DNA of 64,000 nt from an uncultured Spirochaetaceae bacterium (lineage in GTDB: Bacteria > Spirochaetota > Spirochaetia > DSM-27196 > SLST01): NCBI GenBank assembly GCA_964625715.1, contig CAZVEF010000001.1:52030-116029 (forward strand), in the 5' to 3' direction. A program made the translations under genes and the position numbers. The notes beneath the pieces were generated by a model, which saw nothing but the letters and a program-made list of their open reading frames with translations, was not told where the DNA came from and did no database searches. Position 1 is the stretch's first letter, and every line of letters begins with the position of its first letter. Below, piece after piece: positions 53,360-62,298 of the stretch.

Positions 53360-54988
53360 TTGGAACAGAGTCGTACTCTCGTCGCGTGGCGACAACGGGG
53401 CTTCCTCGAGAACCTTGCGGTTCACTTCGGCCTGGTCGCGGCCGGCGCGGTACTCTTCTCGCTTTCGTTTCCCAGCTTCGTGTCCATGTGGGGTTGGTTT
53501 CCCCTCGCGTACGTCGCGCTCATACCGGTGTTCGTGCTGGTGCACCGTGCCAACTGGGCGGAGGTGTTCTTCTACGGGTTCGTTTACGGGCTTGCCACGT
53601 ACGCGCTGCACAACTACTGGCTCAGCGGATTCCACCCGCTTGCGCTCATCGCCGTTCCGCTCATCTACGCGACGTACTTCCTCGTCTTCTTTCCGTTGCT
53701 CAAGCTCGCCGATTCGCTGCTTCCGCGCCACGGCTACCTCCTCCAGCTCGCCATCTGGCTCGCCTACGAATACTTTCGTACCCAGTTCTTTCTCGGGTAC
53801 GCGTACGGGATCATCGGCTATACGCAGTACCTCTTTCTGCCGCTCGTGCGTCTGAGCGGTGCGACGGGGGTATGGGGGGTGAGTCTGCTCGTCGCCTTCC
53901 CGAGCGTGTATCTCGGTAACGCGATCAAGGACGGTTGGGACCGGGCGAAGGAGTTCTTCTGCGCCCATCGTCTCGCGCCCGTCGTGTGGGTCGCGCTCTT
54001 CCTCGCGTCGATCGCGTACGGCTTTGCGACGAAGGTCGACTACAGCGAAGCGCCTACCTGGCGGACCGCGCTGATCCAGCAGAACTCGGATCCGTGGATC
54101 GGCGGTCCGGCCGCGTACCAGCGCTCGCTCGACATTTCACTGCGCCTGAGCGCGGAGGCGCTCGCGGAGGATCCGACCATCGATGTGGTCGTGTGGTCGG
54201 AGACGTCGGTGGTGCCGCCCATCGACTACCATTTCCGGTATCGAACGAATCGCGATTCGTACGGGATCGTCGAGCAGCTGATGGGGTACCTCGAGGCTGA
54301 GGAGGTGCCTTACGTCATCGGCAACTCGAGTGCGCGTCTGCTTCGCGGAGAGGACGGGGAGCTCGAACGTGTCGACTACAACGCGGTGATCGTGTACGAC
54401 GACGGCGAGTTCGGCGAGCCGTACCGCAAGACGCATCTCGTCCCGTTTACCGAGCACTTTCCGTATCGCAGGCAGTTCCCGTGGCTCTACGACCTGCTCA
54501 TGGCGAACGGGAGCAATCACTGGGGTAAGGGCGAAGAGTACACCGTCTTCGAGCTCGAGGGCGTGAGGTTTTCCACGCCCATTTGTTTCGAAGATACGTT
54601 CGGATACATCTCGCGCGAGTTCGTGTCGCGCGGAGCAGAGGTCATCGTCAACCTGACGAACGACCTCTGGTCGAAGAGCGTGGCCGCGAGCATGCAGCAC
54701 ATGCAGATGGCGGTCTTCCGGGCGACCGAGACGCAGCGCAGCATGGTTCGCAGCACCAACGGCGGCATGACGACGATCATCGATCCGAACGGCCGCATCA
54801 CCGACATGTACCCCCCGTTCGAGGAGGGCTACCTGATCGGCGACGTTCCGGTCTATACCGAGGGGCGCACGCTCTACGTCGTCTGGGGCGACTGGCTTGC
54901 CTGGGTCATGGTTGCGATCGCGTCGCTCGGACTGCTCGGCGCGGTCGCGTTCAAGGTGATCGAGCGCGTTGGCTCCCGCCCGCGTTGA
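53360..54988 (+). CDS. lnt: Apolipoprotein N-acyltransferase
   Basis: Multi-TM N-terminal half followed by a CN-hydrolase domain. Motifs: VVWSETS, YRKTHLVPFTEHFPY, the catalytic Cys in TPICFEDTF, NLTNDLWS, RSTNGGMTTIIDPNGRI. A C-terminal TM helix is present. Confidence 0.92.
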   Translation: MEQSRTLVAWRQRGFLENLAVHFGLVAAGAVLFSLSFPSFVSMWGWFPLAYVALIPVFVLVHRANWAEVFFYGFVYGLATYALHNYWLSGFHPLALIAVPLIYATYFLVFFPLLKLADSLLPRHGYLLQLAIWLAYEYFRTQFFLGYAYGIIGYTQYLFLPLVRLSGATGVWGVSLLVAFPSVYLGNAIKDGWDRAKEFFCAHRLAPVVWVALFLASIAYGFATKVDYSEAPTWRTALIQQNSDPWIGGPAAYQRSLDISLRLSAEALAEDPTIDVVVWSETSVVPPIDYHFRYRTNRDSYGIVEQLMGYLEAEEVPYVIGNSSARLLRGEDGELERVDYNAVIVYDDGEFGEPYRKTHLVPFTEHFPYRRQFPWLYDLLMANGSNHWGKGEEYTVFELEGVRFSTPICFEDTFGYISREFVSRGAEVIVNLTNDLWSKSVAASMQHMQMAVFRATETQRSMVRSTNGGMTTIIDPNGRITDMYPPFEEGYLIGDVPVYTEGRTLYVVWGDWLAWVMVAIASLGLLGAVAFKVIERVGSRPR

Positions 54989-55040
54989 CAGCGGCCGTGC
55001 TCGTGGAGACAATAGGGCGAGTGCAGTGAGGCTTGCAGAT

Positions 55041-55778
55041 ATGGCGAAGATACTGATCGTAGACGATGAGCAGATCAATCTCGATTTTTTCGAGGTGATG
55101 CTCACCAAGCTCGGGTTCGAGGTCGCGAAAGCCTCAGACGGAGAAGAAGCGCTGGAGGCGGTTCGTGAGAACGATCCCGATCTGATCGTCCTGGACAACA
55201 TCATGCCCAAGCTTTCGGGCTGGGAAGTGACGCGCATTCTCAAACGTGACGACGAGTATCGTGATTACGCGAGCACTCCGATCATCATGTTCTCGGCGAT
55301 GGACGACGTGAAGGACAAGATCGAGGGATTCGAGCTCGGCGTCGAGGACTACATCACCAAGCCGTTCAACTTTTCGGAGGTGCTTGCTCGCATCAAGGCT
55401 GTTCTTCGCAATCACGAGCTCAGCCAGCAGGTCGTGCACCGCGAGCGTCGCATCGCGCTCATCGAGTCGCTCAACAGCAGCCTCGTCTACTTCACCGAAC
55501 ACCTGAAGGAACCCATGCAGAGCCTGCGGGCGGCTGCCGAGACGGTAGTGGCCGGCGACGAGGTATCGGTTCAGACGTTCGTCGAGCTCGTGCGCCGGCA
55601 GGCTCAGCAGACCCTTGCCACGCTCGAAGGGCTCGAGGACGAAATCGCCGAGCTCACCCGTAAGGGCGACGAAATCAGGGCGGGAGAGGTCACGCTTGAC
55701 GATCTGGAGGACAAGTATCAGAAACACCTGCAGAATCTGAAGGCGAACGCGGACACGATCGGTGAGACGCATTCGTAG
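55041..55778 (+). CDS. Response regulator: receiver domain plus coiled-coil C-terminal region, no recognisable output
   Basis: In-frame ATG at 55041. REC motifs: MAKILIVDDEQ, DLIVLDNIMPKLSG (phospho-acceptor Asp), IIMFSA, YITKPF. The C-terminal about 110 aa is helical. Confidence 0.9.
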   Translation: MAKILIVDDEQINLDFFEVMLTKLGFEVAKASDGEEALEAVRENDPDLIVLDNIMPKLSGWEVTRILKRDDEYRDYASTPIIMFSAMDDVKDKIEGFELGVEDYITKPFNFSEVLARIKAVLRNHELSQQVVHRERRIALIESLNSSLVYFTEHLKEPMQSLRAAAETVVAGDEVSVQTFVELVRRQAQQTLATLEGLEDEIAELTRKGDEIRAGEVTLDDLEDKYQKHLQNLKANADTIGETHS

Positions 55779-55802
55779 CCGGCGCCACCCGCAGGAGGAA
55801 CA

Positions 55803-56024
55803 ATGATCACGGACGAGAAACGTGAGATCCTCGACCTGTTTCGGAAGGGACGGAATCTCTACAAGCAGATGGAGTTCGCCGAGGCGTTCAAGGTCTTCGG
55901 CCAGGCGTTGAAGCTCGACCCCGAGGACGGACCGTCGAAGGTCTACCTCGCGCGGTGCAGGCACTATGCGAAGAATCCCCCACCGCCGGACTGGGACGGC
56001 GTGTGGATCTATACGACGAAGTAG
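55803..56024 (+). CDS. 73-aa single-TPR-like miniprotein
   Basis: GGAGGAACA RBS. GRNLYKQMEFAEAFKVFGQALKLDPEDGPSKVYLARCRHYAKNPPPPDWDGVWIYTTK. Its stop abuts the ATG of the next gene (56025). Confidence 0.6.
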   Translation: MITDEKREILDLFRKGRNLYKQMEFAEAFKVFGQALKLDPEDGPSKVYLARCRHYAKNPPPPDWDGVWIYTTK

Positions 56025-56453
56025 ATGGCACGAACCAACCGCAAGAACGACGGCGACGAAGCGCCGCGGATACGGACCCGGCTCGGCGCAGACGCGGTCC
56101 TGAAGGGGACGCTACGGTTCCGCGAGAGCGTGGAGATATCCGGGAAGCTGGAAGGCAAGATCATTGCCGAGGGGTATCTGTTGGTGCGTGACGGGGCGGA
56201 GATTCGCGCTGATATCAGGGCGCAGGATATCATCGTAGCCGGCACCGTGCACGGAAACATCGAGGCGACCCACCGTCTCGAGATCCTCGAGACGGGTAGG
56301 ATCTACGGCAATGTTCGCACCGCGCAGTTCCGCGTCGCCGACGGCGTGATCTTCGAAGGCAAGTGCGAGATGATTCGAGGCGCCGAGGAGGTCGATGTCT
56401 TCTCCGCGCCGATCGACCAGATTCGCGAATCGATTCGGGGCGCGAGCCGGTGA
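56025..56453 (+). CDS. Bactofilin family protein (second copy in the window)
   Basis: [94 protein letters not shown] is a DUF583 repeat pattern. Confidence 0.88.
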   Translation: MARTNRKNDGDEAPRIRTRLGADAVLKGTLRFRESVEISGKLEGKIIAEGYLLVRDGAEIRADIRAQDIIVAGTVHGNIEATHRLEILETGRIYGNVRTAQFRVADGVIFEGKCEMIRGAEEVDVFSAPIDQIRESIRGASR

Positions 56454-56962
56454 GCGATGGAGCGACGCGTCACGACGACGAGGTGCTGCACGTCGCTGAA
56501 GACGTGGTCCGGGCCGCTGCTGAGGCCGGAGCAACCGTCGTGACCGCCGAGAGCTGCACCGGAGGGCTCGTCGCCGCCGCGATGACCGCGGTGCCGGGAA
56601 GCTCGCGGGTCTTCTGGGGTGCGTTCGTCGCCTACGCGAACGAGGCGAAACGCTCGTTGCTCGGGGTGCGCGAAGAAACGCTGGCGGCGCACGGCGCGGT
56701 CAGCGAGCAGACGGTGAGGGAGATGGCCACCGGCGCGGTCGAGCGTAGCGGCGCCGACTACGCGGTCGCGATCTCGGGCGTCGCCGGGCCGTCGGGCGCA
56801 ACCGCGGACAAGCCTGTGGGTACGGTCTGGATCGGCTGGTGCTCGCGAGTGGGTGCGACGGGTGCGAAGCGGTTCCGGTACGACGGTGATCGCGCGGCTG
56901 TCCGCAGCGCGGCGGCTCGGGACGCGCTGCGGGTCGTCGTGAGGGCCATAGTCTCGGCTTGA
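56450..56962 (+). CDS. CinA C-terminal domain protein (nicotinamide-nucleotide amidohydrolase PncC-like)
   Basis: GTG 56450 overlaps the bactofilin stop (GTGA). Motifs: [25 protein letters not shown]...KPVGTVWIG. Confidence 0.88.
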   Translation: MSDGATRHDDEVLHVAEDVVRAAAEAGATVVTAESCTGGLVAAAMTAVPGSSRVFWGAFVAYANEAKRSLLGVREETLAAHGAVSEQTVREMATGAVERSGADYAVAISGVAGPSGATADKPVGTVWIGWCSRVGATGAKRFRYDGDRAAVRSAAARDALRVVVRAIVSA

Positions 56963-56987
56963 CAGCGCCGCGAGGACCGGCTATATT
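56959..56987 (+). promoter_or_regulatory. Candidate rho promoter
   Basis: TTGACA (56959-56964), 17 nt spacer, TATATT (56982-56987). This predicts a leader of about 140 nt before GTG 57137. Confidence 0.55.
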
Positions 56988-57024
56988 TGGGTCACCTGCT
57001 AAGGTTCCCGTAGAATCCATCCCG

Positions 57025-57051
57025 TTGGAAGCGATATCGCTGCGCTTCCAA
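57025..57051 (+). promoter_or_regulatory. Hairpin in the rho 5' leader
   Basis: TTGGAAGCG (57025-57033) pairs with CGCTTCCAA (57043-57051) in a 9-bp stem. The loop region contains the palindrome AGCGATATCGCT. Confidence 0.3.
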
Positions 57052-57136
57052 TGCCCTCAGATCGGGGCACGCCAATGTGGTCGTGACACGTCGGCGACCA
57101 CGAGATCATCCTCGATGAATCGAGACGGAGAAGTGA

Positions 57137-58951
57137 GTGAAACCCTCAGAAGACCATCCTACGCTTGGGCTGGATGCCGACGATAGCCCGGCCCCCAACG
57201 AACCAACGGCGAACACCATGAACGAGAACGAAAGCCAGAACGCTCAGAACGACGATCCGGAGAAGAACTCCAACGGGTCCGGTTCTTCCGGCGGCGGTCG
57301 CAAGATCGTGGCTCGCAAGAAGAACGTCCGCGTGGAGCTGATCAAGGACGGCGATCAGAACGGCGCCGAGGCAGGGGCAGAGGAATCCGACGCTGCGGCT
57401 TCCTCATCGGATGACGGGTTCTCGGAAGCCAGGGCCTCCGCCGACGAAGCGACGGTTTCCGCCGTCGGAACGAACGACGAGGGTCCGGGCGGTAACGGTG
57501 CCGCGGGCTCCGACGAGCGATCAGGCGGCGACGAGAAGGCGGGCCGCTCGCGTTCCGGCGGTGGGAAGCGCAAGCGCTCGAATCGGTCCGCCAAGCGGGA
57601 CGGTTCTCCCGCGGAGACGAGCCCGTCGCGGCAGCACAACGACTACGTGGGCCGCGACCACGGGAAGAACGGCAACGACAAGTCGTTGTCCATCAACGAA
57701 CTCACGCGGATGAACATGCGCGACCTGCGCGGCCTTGCCACGCGCCTCGGCATCAGCCAGGAGAATCTGATCGCGCTCAAGAAGCAGGAAGTGATCTTTG
57801 CCGTCCTGAAGGCGCATACCGAGCGCAACGGCACGATCTACGCGTACGGATCGCTCGAAATTCTGCCCGATGGATACGGCTTCCTTCGCAGCCCTCAGAA
57901 CTCGTACCTCCCCGGCCCCGACGACATCTATATCTCGCCCAGCCAGATCCGACTTTTCGGGCTGAAGACCGGCGACACCGTCTACGGACAGATTCGCCCG
58001 CCGAAAGAGGGTGAGCGTTTCTTTGCGATGCTGCGCGTGGAGACGGTCAATTTCGACACTCCGTCGGTCGCGCAGATGCGGATCCCGTTCGAGAATCTCA
58101 CCCCGCTCCATCCCGACGAGCGGCTGAACATGGAGACGCGATCGGGCGACCCGGCCACGCGGATGATCAATCTGTTCTGCCCCATCGGGAAGGGTCAGCG
58201 TGGTCTGATCGTCTCACCGCCTCGCACCGGCAAAACGGTGATCCTCCAGAAGATCGCCAACGCCATCACCGAGAACCACCCGGAGGTCTACCTCATCGTT
58301 CTGCTCATCGACGAGCGTCCGGAAGAGGTGACCGACATGGAGCGCAACGTGGACGCGGAGGTCCTCTCGTCGACGTTCGACGAGCAGGCGACACGGCACG
58401 TGCAGGTCGCCGAGATGGTGCTCGAGAAGGCGCGGCGCCTCGTCGAGCACCGGAAGGACGTGGTGATCCTGCTCGACTCGATCACGCGGCTCGCTCGGGC
58501 GTACAACCAGACGGTCCCGACGTCCGGCAAGATTCTCTCCGGCGGTGTTGACTCGAACGCGCTGCACAAGCCGAAGCGCTTCTTCGGTGCGGCACGAAAC
58601 ATCGAGGACGGCGGGAGCCTGACGATCATGGCGACGGCGCTCATCGAGACGGGGAGCCGGATGGACGAGGTCATCTTCGAGGAGTTCAAGGGAACCGGCA
58701 ACATGGAGCTCAACCTCGACCGGCGACTGAGCGATCGCAGGCTCTTCCCCGCGATCAACATCAAGAAGTCCGGTACCCGGCGCGAGGATCTTCTGCTCAC
58801 CGAGGAAGAGCTGCAGAAGATGTGGATCCTGCGGAAGGTCATCAATCCGATGGACGACGTTGAGATCATAGAGCTGCTCATCGATCGGATGCACAAGACG
58901 AAGACGAACGACGCCTTCCTGCGCTCGATGAACACCTCGTCGGTCGAGTGA
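57137..58951 (+). CDS. rho: Transcription termination factor Rho with a low-complexity N-terminal extension of about 185 aa
   Basis: GGAG lies 6 nt before GTG 57137. The Rho core starts at [23 protein letters not shown]. Also present: the RNA-binding DGYGFLR, Walker [31 protein letters not shown], and the C-terminal [10 protein letters not shown]. Confidence 0.95.
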   Translation: MKPSEDHPTLGLDADDSPAPNEPTANTMNENESQNAQNDDPEKNSNGSGSSGGGRKIVARKKNVRVELIKDGDQNGAEAGAEESDAAASSSDDGFSEARASADEATVSAVGTNDEGPGGNGAAGSDERSGGDEKAGRSRSGGGKRKRSNRSAKRDGSPAETSPSRQHNDYVGRDHGKNGNDKSLSINELTRMNMRDLRGLATRLGISQENLIALKKQEVIFAVLKAHTERNGTIYAYGSLEILPDGYGFLRSPQNSYLPGPDDIYISPSQIRLFGLKTGDTVYGQIRPPKEGERFFAMLRVETVNFDTPSVAQMRIPFENLTPLHPDERLNMETRSGDPATRMINLFCPIGKGQRGLIVSPPRTGKTVILQKIANAITENHPEVYLIVLLIDERPEEVTDMERNVDAEVLSSTFDEQATRHVQVAEMVLEKARRLVEHRKDVVILLDSITRLARAYNQTVPTSGKILSGGVDSNALHKPKRFFGAARNIEDGGSLTIMATALIETGSRMDEVIFEEFKGTGNMELNLDRRLSDRRLFPAINIKKSGTRREDLLLTEEELQKMWILRKVINPMDDVEIIELLIDRMHKTKTNDAFLRSMNTSSVE

Positions 58952-58971
58952 CGCACCGGCCTGCGCCCGGT

Positions 58972-59000
58972 TTGACAGAATCGGCTCGTTTTTGTACCTT
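58972..59000 (+). promoter_or_regulatory. Candidate rpmE promoter
   Basis: TTGACA (58972-58977), 17 nt spacer, TACCTT (58995-59000), 47 nt upstream of ATG 59048. Confidence 0.4.
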
Positions 59001-59047
59001 GCGGCCTTGCCGAGAGGCTCGATCCAGTGAGAATCGGAGTTGCACAG

Positions 59048-59293
59048 ATGAAGAAGGATATCCATCCCAACTACAGAGAGGTCGTCTTCAAGGACGCTGC
59101 GTCGGGGACGCTCTTTCTGACCCGCTCGACGGTGGAGACCAACGAGACGGTGGAGTACGAGGGCAAGACCTATCCGCTGTTCCAGGTCGAGATCTCGAGC
59201 GCGTCGCACCCTTTCTACACCGGTAAGCAGCAGATCGTCGACACGGCGGGTCGTGTCGAGCGGTTTCGCAGGAAGTACAACCTCAAGTCGTAG
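59048..59293 (+). CDS. rpmE: 50S ribosomal protein L31 (type B-like, no CxxC)
   Basis: Internal ATG 59048 gives [16 protein letters not shown]...[28 protein letters not shown]. The N-terminal CxxC zinc motif is absent. Confidence 0.93.
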   Translation: MKKDIHPNYREVVFKDAASGTLFLTRSTVETNETVEYEGKTYPLFQVEISSASHPFYTGKQQIVDTAGRVERFRRKYNLKS

Positions 59294-59342
59294 CGGGCCG
59301 GGACGAAACGGTAGAGGCCGTGCCGGACTGCAGAAGCAAGCG

Positions 59343-59370
59343 AAAGGGCGCCGAACGGCGCCCTTTTTTT
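59343..59370 (+). terminator. Intrinsic terminator after rpmE
   Basis: AAAGGGCGCC-GAAC-GGCGCCCTTT forms a stem that runs into a T7 tract (59364-59370), 50 nt after the rpmE stop. Confidence 0.8.
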
Positions 59371-59372
59371 GT

Positions 59373-59394
59373 GGTGCGCCCGGCAGGGCGCACC
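59373..59394 (-). terminator. Second GC hairpin, possible terminator for the convergent lnt paralogue
   Basis: GGTGCGCCC-GGCA-GGGCGCACC is a 9-bp stem lying 66 nt beyond the minus-strand stop at 59460. On the minus strand the neighbouring hairpin supplies only a short T-run. Confidence 0.35.
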
Positions 59395-59459
59395 CACGTG
59401 GAGGTGCCCGGCAGACCGTGAGCGCGGGCGTCCCGATCGCTGCGGCCGGGCGAGCGACG

Positions 59460-61028
59460 TCACTTCCGGCTGCGTATTCTCGCCTGTTCGAGGGCGAAGA
59501 GCGTGAGGAGCACGAGCAGGAACGTCTTCGGCAGGTAATCCCCCCAGCGCATGTAGATCGGCTCCGACTCCGGTCGGTAGACCGGGACCCTCGCGGACAG
59601 GTGCGCGGTTTCGAACATCGGCAGCGATTCGGTAACCCGGCCCCACGGGTCGAGCACCGCGGTGTATCCCGAGTTCGTCGATCGGATGAGTCCGCGACGC
59701 GTCTCGATCGCCCGGTAGCGCGCGGCGACGAAGTGCTGCAGTTGCGCAGAGTCGGTGCGCGACCACGCGTTGTTGGTCAGGTTGAGAATCGCATCCGCGC
59801 CCGCGAGAACGAAACGGCGGTTCACGTAGGCGAAACCGTCCTCGAAGCAGATGGGCGTGGCGATGGCGACGTCCCGCCCATCGTTGCCCTCGACCTCGAA
59901 GAGCCGAGGGCCCGGACCCGGAGCCCATATCCCCGAGATTCCGACCACCGTGTCGAAGAAGTCTCTCACGACGGGAAGATCCCAGAACGGAATGATCTCT
60001 GCGAAGGGGACGAGGTGCTGCTTGCCGTACCAGTGCTCGACCGTCGTTTCCGGATCGATGAGCAGCACCGCGTTGTGCACGGCGAACTCGTCGTCCGCAG
60101 CGGGCAGCGGGCTGCCGGTCAGCAGAGGTGCCGGCAGGTCGGCGAGGAAGTCGAGGAAGGGGCGCTCCGGGGGGTTGGCCGCGTACCAGGTGCGCGTCTC
60201 CCCGTAAGGGTAGCGGAGGCTCGTCTCGCTCCACACGACGAGCTGCGGTTCGTGCTCGAGACGGGCGAGCGCGCGCTCGGTCTCCTCCTGCGCGGTACGC
60301 AGCGGTCCGGCGATATTCCGCGTGTTCCACGCATCGGCGTTCTGCTGCACGAGCACGAGGTCGAGCGTGTCGTGGACAGGTACCTCGCTTCGCAGGCGCA
60401 GAGCGCCATACCCGGCGACGAGCGCCACGAGGATCGCCGCCATGCCGATGTTCGCTACGGCTGCGCGGGGAACGGCCGCGAGGGACGGCCGGGCGCGCGG
60501 TGCGAGCTCGGCGAGCGCGGCGGCGGCGTAGACCGCGAGGAACGAAAGCGCCCACACCCCGGTCACGTCGACGACCTGGTTGAGGGCGGCGAGGTCGTTG
60601 AACGGGTACGCGGCGAGGCCCCACGGATAGGCGAGGAAGCCGATGCTCTTCGCGTACTCGTAGAGCGTCCACGTCATCGCGAAGAGTACCGGGCGGTACG
60701 CGGCGGGCGCGCGTGTGGTCTTCCAGAGAAAGCCGGCAAGCACCCAGTTGTAGCCGATATACCCGATCGTGGTCCCTCCGATCGTCCAGACCGAGTAGTC
60801 GCCGAAGAACATCAGCCAGTAGTTGGCGATGACGGTGGAGACACCCCCGAAGAGCGCGCCGAGGCGAGCGGCCGTCTTCGGCCGGTCGGTCTCGCGCAGC
60901 GCGAGGTAGTAGGGCACGAGCGCCACCAGGCCGAGCCAGGGTGCCCCGAGGGGGAACAGCTCGTTCGGTAGCGCGAGCGGAAAGAGAGTCGCAGAGGCAA
61001 TCGTGAGCAACACAGTTCGTGACAGCAC
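59460..61028 (-). CDS. Apolipoprotein N-acyltransferase paralogue
   Basis: Motifs: VVWSETS, YGKQHLVPFAEIIPF, the catalytic Cys in TPICFEDGF, NLTNNAWS, RSTNSGYTAVLDPWGRV. A C-terminal TM helix is present. The start is trimmed to in-frame GTG 61028 (MLSRTVLLTIASATLFPLALP) and is uncertain. Confidence 0.88.
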   Translation of the reverse strand: MLSRTVLLTIASATLFPLALPNELFPLGAPWLGLVALVPYYLALRETDRPKTAARLGALFGGVSTVIANYWLMFFGDYSVWTIGGTTIGYIGYNWVLAGFLWKTTRAPAAYRPVLFAMTWTLYEYAKSIGFLAYPWGLAAYPFNDLAALNQVVDVTGVWALSFLAVYAAAALAELAPRARPSLAAVPRAAVANIGMAAILVALVAGYGALRLRSEVPVHDTLDLVLVQQNADAWNTRNIAGPLRTAQEETERALARLEHEPQLVVWSETSLRYPYGETRTWYAANPPERPFLDFLADLPAPLLTGSPLPAADDEFAVHNAVLLIDPETTVEHWYGKQHLVPFAEIIPFWDLPVVRDFFDTVVGISGIWAPGPGPRLFEVEGNDGRDVAIATPICFEDGFAYVNRRFVLAGADAILNLTNNAWSRTDSAQLQHFVAARYRAIETRRGLIRSTNSGYTAVLDPWGRVTESLPMFETAHLSARVPVYRPESEPIYMRWGDYLPKTFLLVLLTLFALEQARIRSRK

Positions 61029-61093
61029 AGCCCCATAGTACCGCAAACGCCCGTCAACGACGATGACTGCAGGTAATCGAAGATCGCCCCCGA

Positions 61094-61121
61094 TTGCGTA
61101 CCGCCGAGATGCGGCTATAAT
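61094..61121 (+). promoter_or_regulatory. Candidate galK-surE promoter
   Basis: TTGCGT (61094-61099), 16 nt spacer, TATAAT (61116-61121). GAGGA (61132-61136) then precedes ATG 61141. Confidence 0.45.
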
Positions 61122-61140
61122 GGGGCACGACGAGGAACGG

Positions 61141-62298
61141 ATGAGCGACGTCAGATCGCTGCACGAAGAAGAATACGGCGAGCAACCGCAGATCGTCACC
61201 TCCGCCCCGGGGGTCGTCAATCTCATGGGTTCGCATACCGAGGCGACCGACGGATATCTGCTGGTCTTCGGTATGGACAGGCGGGCCTACGTTGCCGCCG
61301 CGCCGCGCAGCGACGGTTCCATGCGTTTCTACGCCGCCGATCTCGGCGAACGCAAGCGGACGAGCAGCTCCGCGCTGAGGTACCGGCGTGAAGACCGCTT
61401 TGCCGGGATCGTGAAGGGCATCCTGAGTCGACTGCAGACGCTCGGGGCGCACGTGGGCGGGGTGAACGTCACGATCACGAGCGATGTTCCCTCCGGGATC
61501 GGGCTGGCTTCCTCGCAGGCGATCGGTGTGGCGCTCGCGAGCGCGCTCGCGGCTGTCTTCAACTTCCCGCTCAACCCCGTCGAGTCCGCACAGGTCGCCT
61601 ACTACGTCGAGCACAGCCTCGAGGGTATGCCGATCGGGTTCGCGACCTTCGTGGCTTCATCGATCGTGCGCCGAGCTCACGCGCTCTTTCTCGACACGCA
61701 TCGACTCGACTGGTCGCACGTCCCCGCCGATCTCGACGGCGCGATGATGTTCGGCATCGACACCCACGCCCCGGCGGCGTTGACGATCGACGAGGAGTCG
61801 GTGAGACAAGCGGGCTGCGTGCACTGCCTCGAGGTGCTCACGGGGCGTTCGAACGGGTGCAGCTTCCAGGAGTTCTCGCTCGAGGAGATATCGACGAGCA
61901 TCGGCAGGATCCCGGAGGGTACGCGCCACTACTGTCTGCACATCGTGAGCGAGAACGAACGCGTGCTGAGCTGTCTCTCGGCGCTGAAGCGTTGCGACGT
62001 AGCGCGGGTCGGGAAGCTCCTCACCGAGAGCCACAACAGCCTGCGCGACCTGTACGAGGGCACCTCCCCGGAGGTAGATTGGCTCGTGAAGCACGCGCAC
62101 GCCGTGGAGGGCGTCTACGGAGCACGCCTCGCCGGCGGATCGACCGGGACGTGCGCGCTCATCGTAGGCGACCAGAACGTCGAGCAACGGATCGCCGACG
62201 TGCTTCGCGATTACGAGCGAATCTTCGGCTTTCATCCGCTGGTCGTGCCGTGCCGGCCCGACGAGGGGGTGAGGTTCGAGCATCGGGAGGGGACGTGA
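61141..62298 (+). CDS. galK: Galactokinase-family GHMP kinase
   Basis: TSAPGVVNLMGSHTEATDGY is a divergent GEHxDY-type motif. The GHMP phosphate-binding motif is DVPSGIGLASSQA. The C-terminus contains GARLAGGSTGTC. Confidence 0.8.
   Translation: MSDVRSLHEEEYGEQPQIVTSAPGVVNLMGSHTEATDGYLLVFGMDRRAYVAAAPRSDGSMRFYAADLGERKRTSSSALRYRREDRFAGIVKGILSRLQTLGAHVGGVNVTITSDVPSGIGLASSQAIGVALASALAAVFNFPLNPVESAQVAYYVEHSLEGMPIGFATFVASSIVRRAHALFLDTHRLDWSHVPADLDGAMMFGIDTHAPAALTIDEESVRQAGCVHCLEVLTGRSNGCSFQEFSLEEISTSIGRIPEGTRHYCLHIVSENERVLSCLSALKRCDVARVGKLLTESHNSLRDLYEGTSPEVDWLVKHAHAVEGVYGARLAGGSTGTCALIVGDQNVEQRIADVLRDYERIFGFHPLVVPCRPDEGVRFEHREGT

Noticed and set aside
54985-55013. TTGACA overlapping the lnt stop codon, upstream of the response-regulator gene.
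   Set aside because: No acceptable TAnnnT -10 lies at 16-18 nt (GACAAT/ACAATA only), so it was not called as a promoter. The RR may be co-transcribed with lnt.
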